Below, piece by piece: positions 61,607 to 64,000 of a stretch of 64,000 nt of DNA (the first letter of the stretch is position 1; every line of letters starts with the position of its first letter). Source of the stretch: Tubiluchus corallicola (taxonomy: Eukaryota; Animalia; Priapulida); assembly GCA_030141605.1 (NCBI GenBank), contig JAQGDQ010000384.1, forward strand, positions 114,438 through 178,437, in the 5' to 3' direction. Made by a program: the position numbers and the translations under genes. The notes under the pieces are model-generated. The model did not search any database, was not told the DNA's origin, and saw only the letters and a program-made list of their open reading frames with translations.

Positions 61607-62140
61607 CTACCAATTGGCAACAGACTTATTAAAGATATCGCTAATGATCTGCTCTATTATAACCTCAACGGCCTCGTTTTCTACTTCTGAAAAACTTCTT
61701 GAACTATCGTAATCATAATAAGCAGAAAAAGATGTGTTGAAGTTCTGATCATGATCAGTATTATTAACAAACTCCACCCTCACTGTAATTGTGAACCTGT
61801 TCGCAGAAGCAAAGTCCATTCCATCACCGCTTTGCTGAATAGAAAGAGGTTTGGTTTCGTAGCCGGTAATTTCTCCTGAGAACTCAAGATCCCCTTTATC
61901 CCTATCAAACGAAAGAGTTGTTTCATTAACAAACTTATCTTTCATCCCCTCTGTAAACTCCTGGCTCAATAGTGGGTTTATTAACCTGGCACGGTTGGGG
62001 AAGTACTCTATATACACAGTCTTTACGTTAGGAGATATTGACGCTCCGGAAAAAGTGTAGGAAATTTTACAAGCTGCCATCATTGTCAAAATGGCTATGC
62101 TAAATATAACTACACGAATATTTTGAACTATTTTATACAT
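61607..62140 (-). CDS. lptE: LPS assembly lipoprotein LptE family
   Basis: MAA-CKISYTFSGASI, GDLEFSGEITGY, ANRFTITVRV and C-terminal DIFNKSVANW; follows the sigma-54 activator. Confidence 0.85.
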   Translation of the reverse strand: MYKIVQNIRVVIFSIAILTMMAACKISYTFSGASISPNVKTVYIEYFPNRARLINPLLSQEFTEGMKDKFVNETTLSFDRDKGDLEFSGEITGYETKPLSIQQSGDGMDFASANRFTITVRVEFVNNTDHDQNFNTSFSAYYDYDSSRSFSEVENEAVEVIIEQIISDIFNKSVANW

Positions 62141-62197
62141 CCACAATAAATTGTTAATTACCACTTTCTGGTAGTGAAGTTTTTCAGGATTGTAATT

Positions 62198-63433
62198 TTA
62201 ACCAATATCATACTCTTTTATCTTTCGGTAGAGGGTTCTTTCCGATATCCCCAATTCATTTGCAGCCATTTTACGTTTGCCATTATGCTTACTGAGCGCT
62301 TTTTTTATAAGCTCCACCTCTTTAGCCTCCAATAAAAGCGACTCTTCAACAAACTCTTCTGTGTCCTGAATATTTTCCTGTTCATCTTTCATCTTTACAG
62401 GAGGAACAGCGTAATCAGAAGGAGATGTTTTAAAATCCCCATCATCCGTTTGATACAGCTTTTTTATTATTTGCGCCTTCTCTTCATGGGTGGAAGCGGA
62501 ATGCCCCTCTTCTATGATATCATGTACTAGCTTTTTTAGGTCACTCATATCCTTTTTCATGTCAAAAAGGATCTTGTATAATATTTCCCTCTCGCTATCA
62601 AACATCTTCCCCTCAGCCGACTTTTGATATATCGCCGGAAAAGATTTGACAGACTCTGACGGAAGGTAGTTTTGCAATATATCGTAGCTTATTTTTCGCT
62701 CTTTCTCTATGATGGATATCTGTTCTGTAATATTTTTCAATTGACGAACATTTCCCGGCCAGCGAAAGCTTATTAACGCCTGCTTGGCCCCCTCATCAAG
62801 CTCTATGGGAGGCATTTTATAGCGCTCTGCAAAGTCGCCTGCAAACTTTCTGAACAGCAGCAAAACATCATTACCTCTTTCCCGCAACGGCTGTATAATG
62901 ATTGGTACAGTATTAAGCCTATAATACAGATCTTCTCTAAACCTGCCTTCTTTCACTGCACTAGAGAGATCAATATTTGTTGCAGTTACCACTCTAACAT
63001 TTGTCTTTTGTACCTTCGATGATCCAACTCTTATAAACTCCCCAGCTTCAAGGACCCTCAGCAGCCTGACCTGAGTGGAGAGGGGGAGCTCTCCAATCTC
63101 ATCAAGAAATATTGTTCCTTCATTTGCTACTTCAAAGTACCCTTTACGGTCGGAAAGAGCACCGGTAAAAGCGCCTTTTTCATGCCCAAAAAGCTCCGAA
63201 TCAATAGTCCCTTCAGGTATAGCACCACAATTTACAGCAATATACTTACCATGCTTCCTGTGAGAAAAGCTATGAATAATTTTTGGAAAAACTTCTTTCC
63301 CCGATCCGCTCTCTCCACCAATAAGTACAGACAAGTCAGTAGAAGCAACCTGAACAGCAACTTCTATAGCACGGGTTAACCCCGGTGCATTACCAATAAT
63401 TCCAAACCGCTGCTTTACCTCCTGAGTACTCAT
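62198..63433 (-). CDS. Sigma-54-dependent Fis-family transcriptional activator
   Basis: GESGSGKE, ELFGHEKGAFTGA, FLDEIGE, FREDLYYRL, WPGNVRQL and HTH LGISERTLYRKIK. Confidence 0.95.
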   Translation of the reverse strand: MSTQEVKQRFGIIGNAPGLTRAIEVAVQVASTDLSVLIGGESGSGKEVFPKIIHSFSHRKHGKYIAVNCGAIPEGTIDSELFGHEKGAFTGALSDRKGYFEVANEGTIFLDEIGELPLSTQVRLLRVLEAGEFIRVGSSKVQKTNVRVVTATNIDLSSAVKEGRFREDLYYRLNTVPIIIQPLRERGNDVLLLFRKFAGDFAERYKMPPIELDEGAKQALISFRWPGNVRQLKNITEQISIIEKERKISYDILQNYLPSESVKSFPAIYQKSAEGKMFDSEREILYKILFDMKKDMSDLKKLVHDIIEEGHSASTHEEKAQIIKKLYQTDDGDFKTSPSDYAVPPVKMKDEQENIQDTEEFVEESLLLEAKEVELIKKALSKHNGKRKMAANELGISERTLYRKIKEYDIG

Positions 63434-63648
63434 CTTTTTCTTAAATATTTTGAAAAGACAAATTTACAATTAATCCTCAAATAAATTGACAGTTTAACGA
63501 TATCCATGGCCTCATGGGATTAATACAAGCATTTTTACTAAAATGCTGAAATTCTTAAGCCCCTTTATTTATTTTTGGTGTGAAAGTGCCGTATATTTCT
63601 TATTTTAGGATGACGCTATTGCAAATATTTTACCAATAAACATCCGCT

Positions 63649-64000
63649 ATGAGTGAACCTGCTTTTGTAAAGAATGATCCTTTTTTAAAATTTTATACCC
63701 AGTTTTTTACTACCTGGTCAGATAGCCTGAAGGCTAAAGAGACTGAGCTTACCGGCGGAGATACTCTGGCAGATTTTGCTCTGGGGCATCACTTTTTTGG
63801 ACTGTTTAAGGAAAAGGACAGATGGGTCATAAGAGAGTGGATACCTGATGTTACATCTGTGTATCTTATAGGCTCTTTCAACAATTGGGAAGAGAGGGAG
63901 GAGTTTCTTTTTAGGTCTATTGGCAATGGAAACTGGGAGCTTGAGTTACCTCTCAAAACAATATCTCACGGTAGCCTGTATTCGCTTTCAATACACTGGA
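63649..64000 (+). CDS. glgB: 1,4-alpha-glucan branching enzyme (GH13/CBM48), N-terminal part
   Basis: Hand translation: MSEPAFVKNDPFL...LADFALGHHFFGL...WVIREWIPDVTSVYLIGSFNNW...GNGNWEL; open to the window end. Confidence 0.82.
   Translation, partial: MSEPAFVKNDPFLKFYTQFFTTWSDSLKAKETELTGGDTLADFALGHHFFGLFKEKDRWVIREWIPDVTSVYLIGSFNNWEEREEFLFRSIGNGNWELELPLKTISHGSLYSLSIHW

Overview
Chromosomal window from a Bacteroidota (Bacteroidales/Marinilabiliales-like) bacterium, judged from SusC/SusD genes, sprA and TTTG-N20-TAnnTTTG promoters. The right third (45.4-64 kb) is mostly core genes: rnhB, sprA, ruvA, pdxA, pepA, mqnC, tRNA-fMet, lptE, a sigma-54 activator and the start of glgB, plus a decayed IS21. 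The left two-thirds is accessory. It holds one SusC-SusD-CBM9-GHL10 locus, a second partial SusC, several metabolic genes, and an IS-rich islet after tRNA-Pro (peptidase-ABC fragment, beta-propeller, serine hydrolase, arsM-acr3). Its most notable content is two expanded families of repeat-built surface lipoproteins that appear to be diversifying by recombination. (i) Three tandem genes are assembled from capped 21-aa LRR modules, and the middle gene is a chimera of its neighbours. (ii) Four Ig-like-stalk/GLUG-head genes show variable stalk length, hypervariable repeat positions, exact-identity islands, a G11 tract and a duplicated slippery promoter. Other oddities are a SusC with a lipoprotein leader grafted from the neighbouring gene, a SAM-II-long-loop-like leader in front of arsM, three copies of one internally deleted IS3-type element, and a 180-bp element with perfect 28-bp inverted repeats. 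No reverse transcriptase, site-specific recombinase or CRISPR array is visible. All family calls come from motif recognition by eye; no searches were run.
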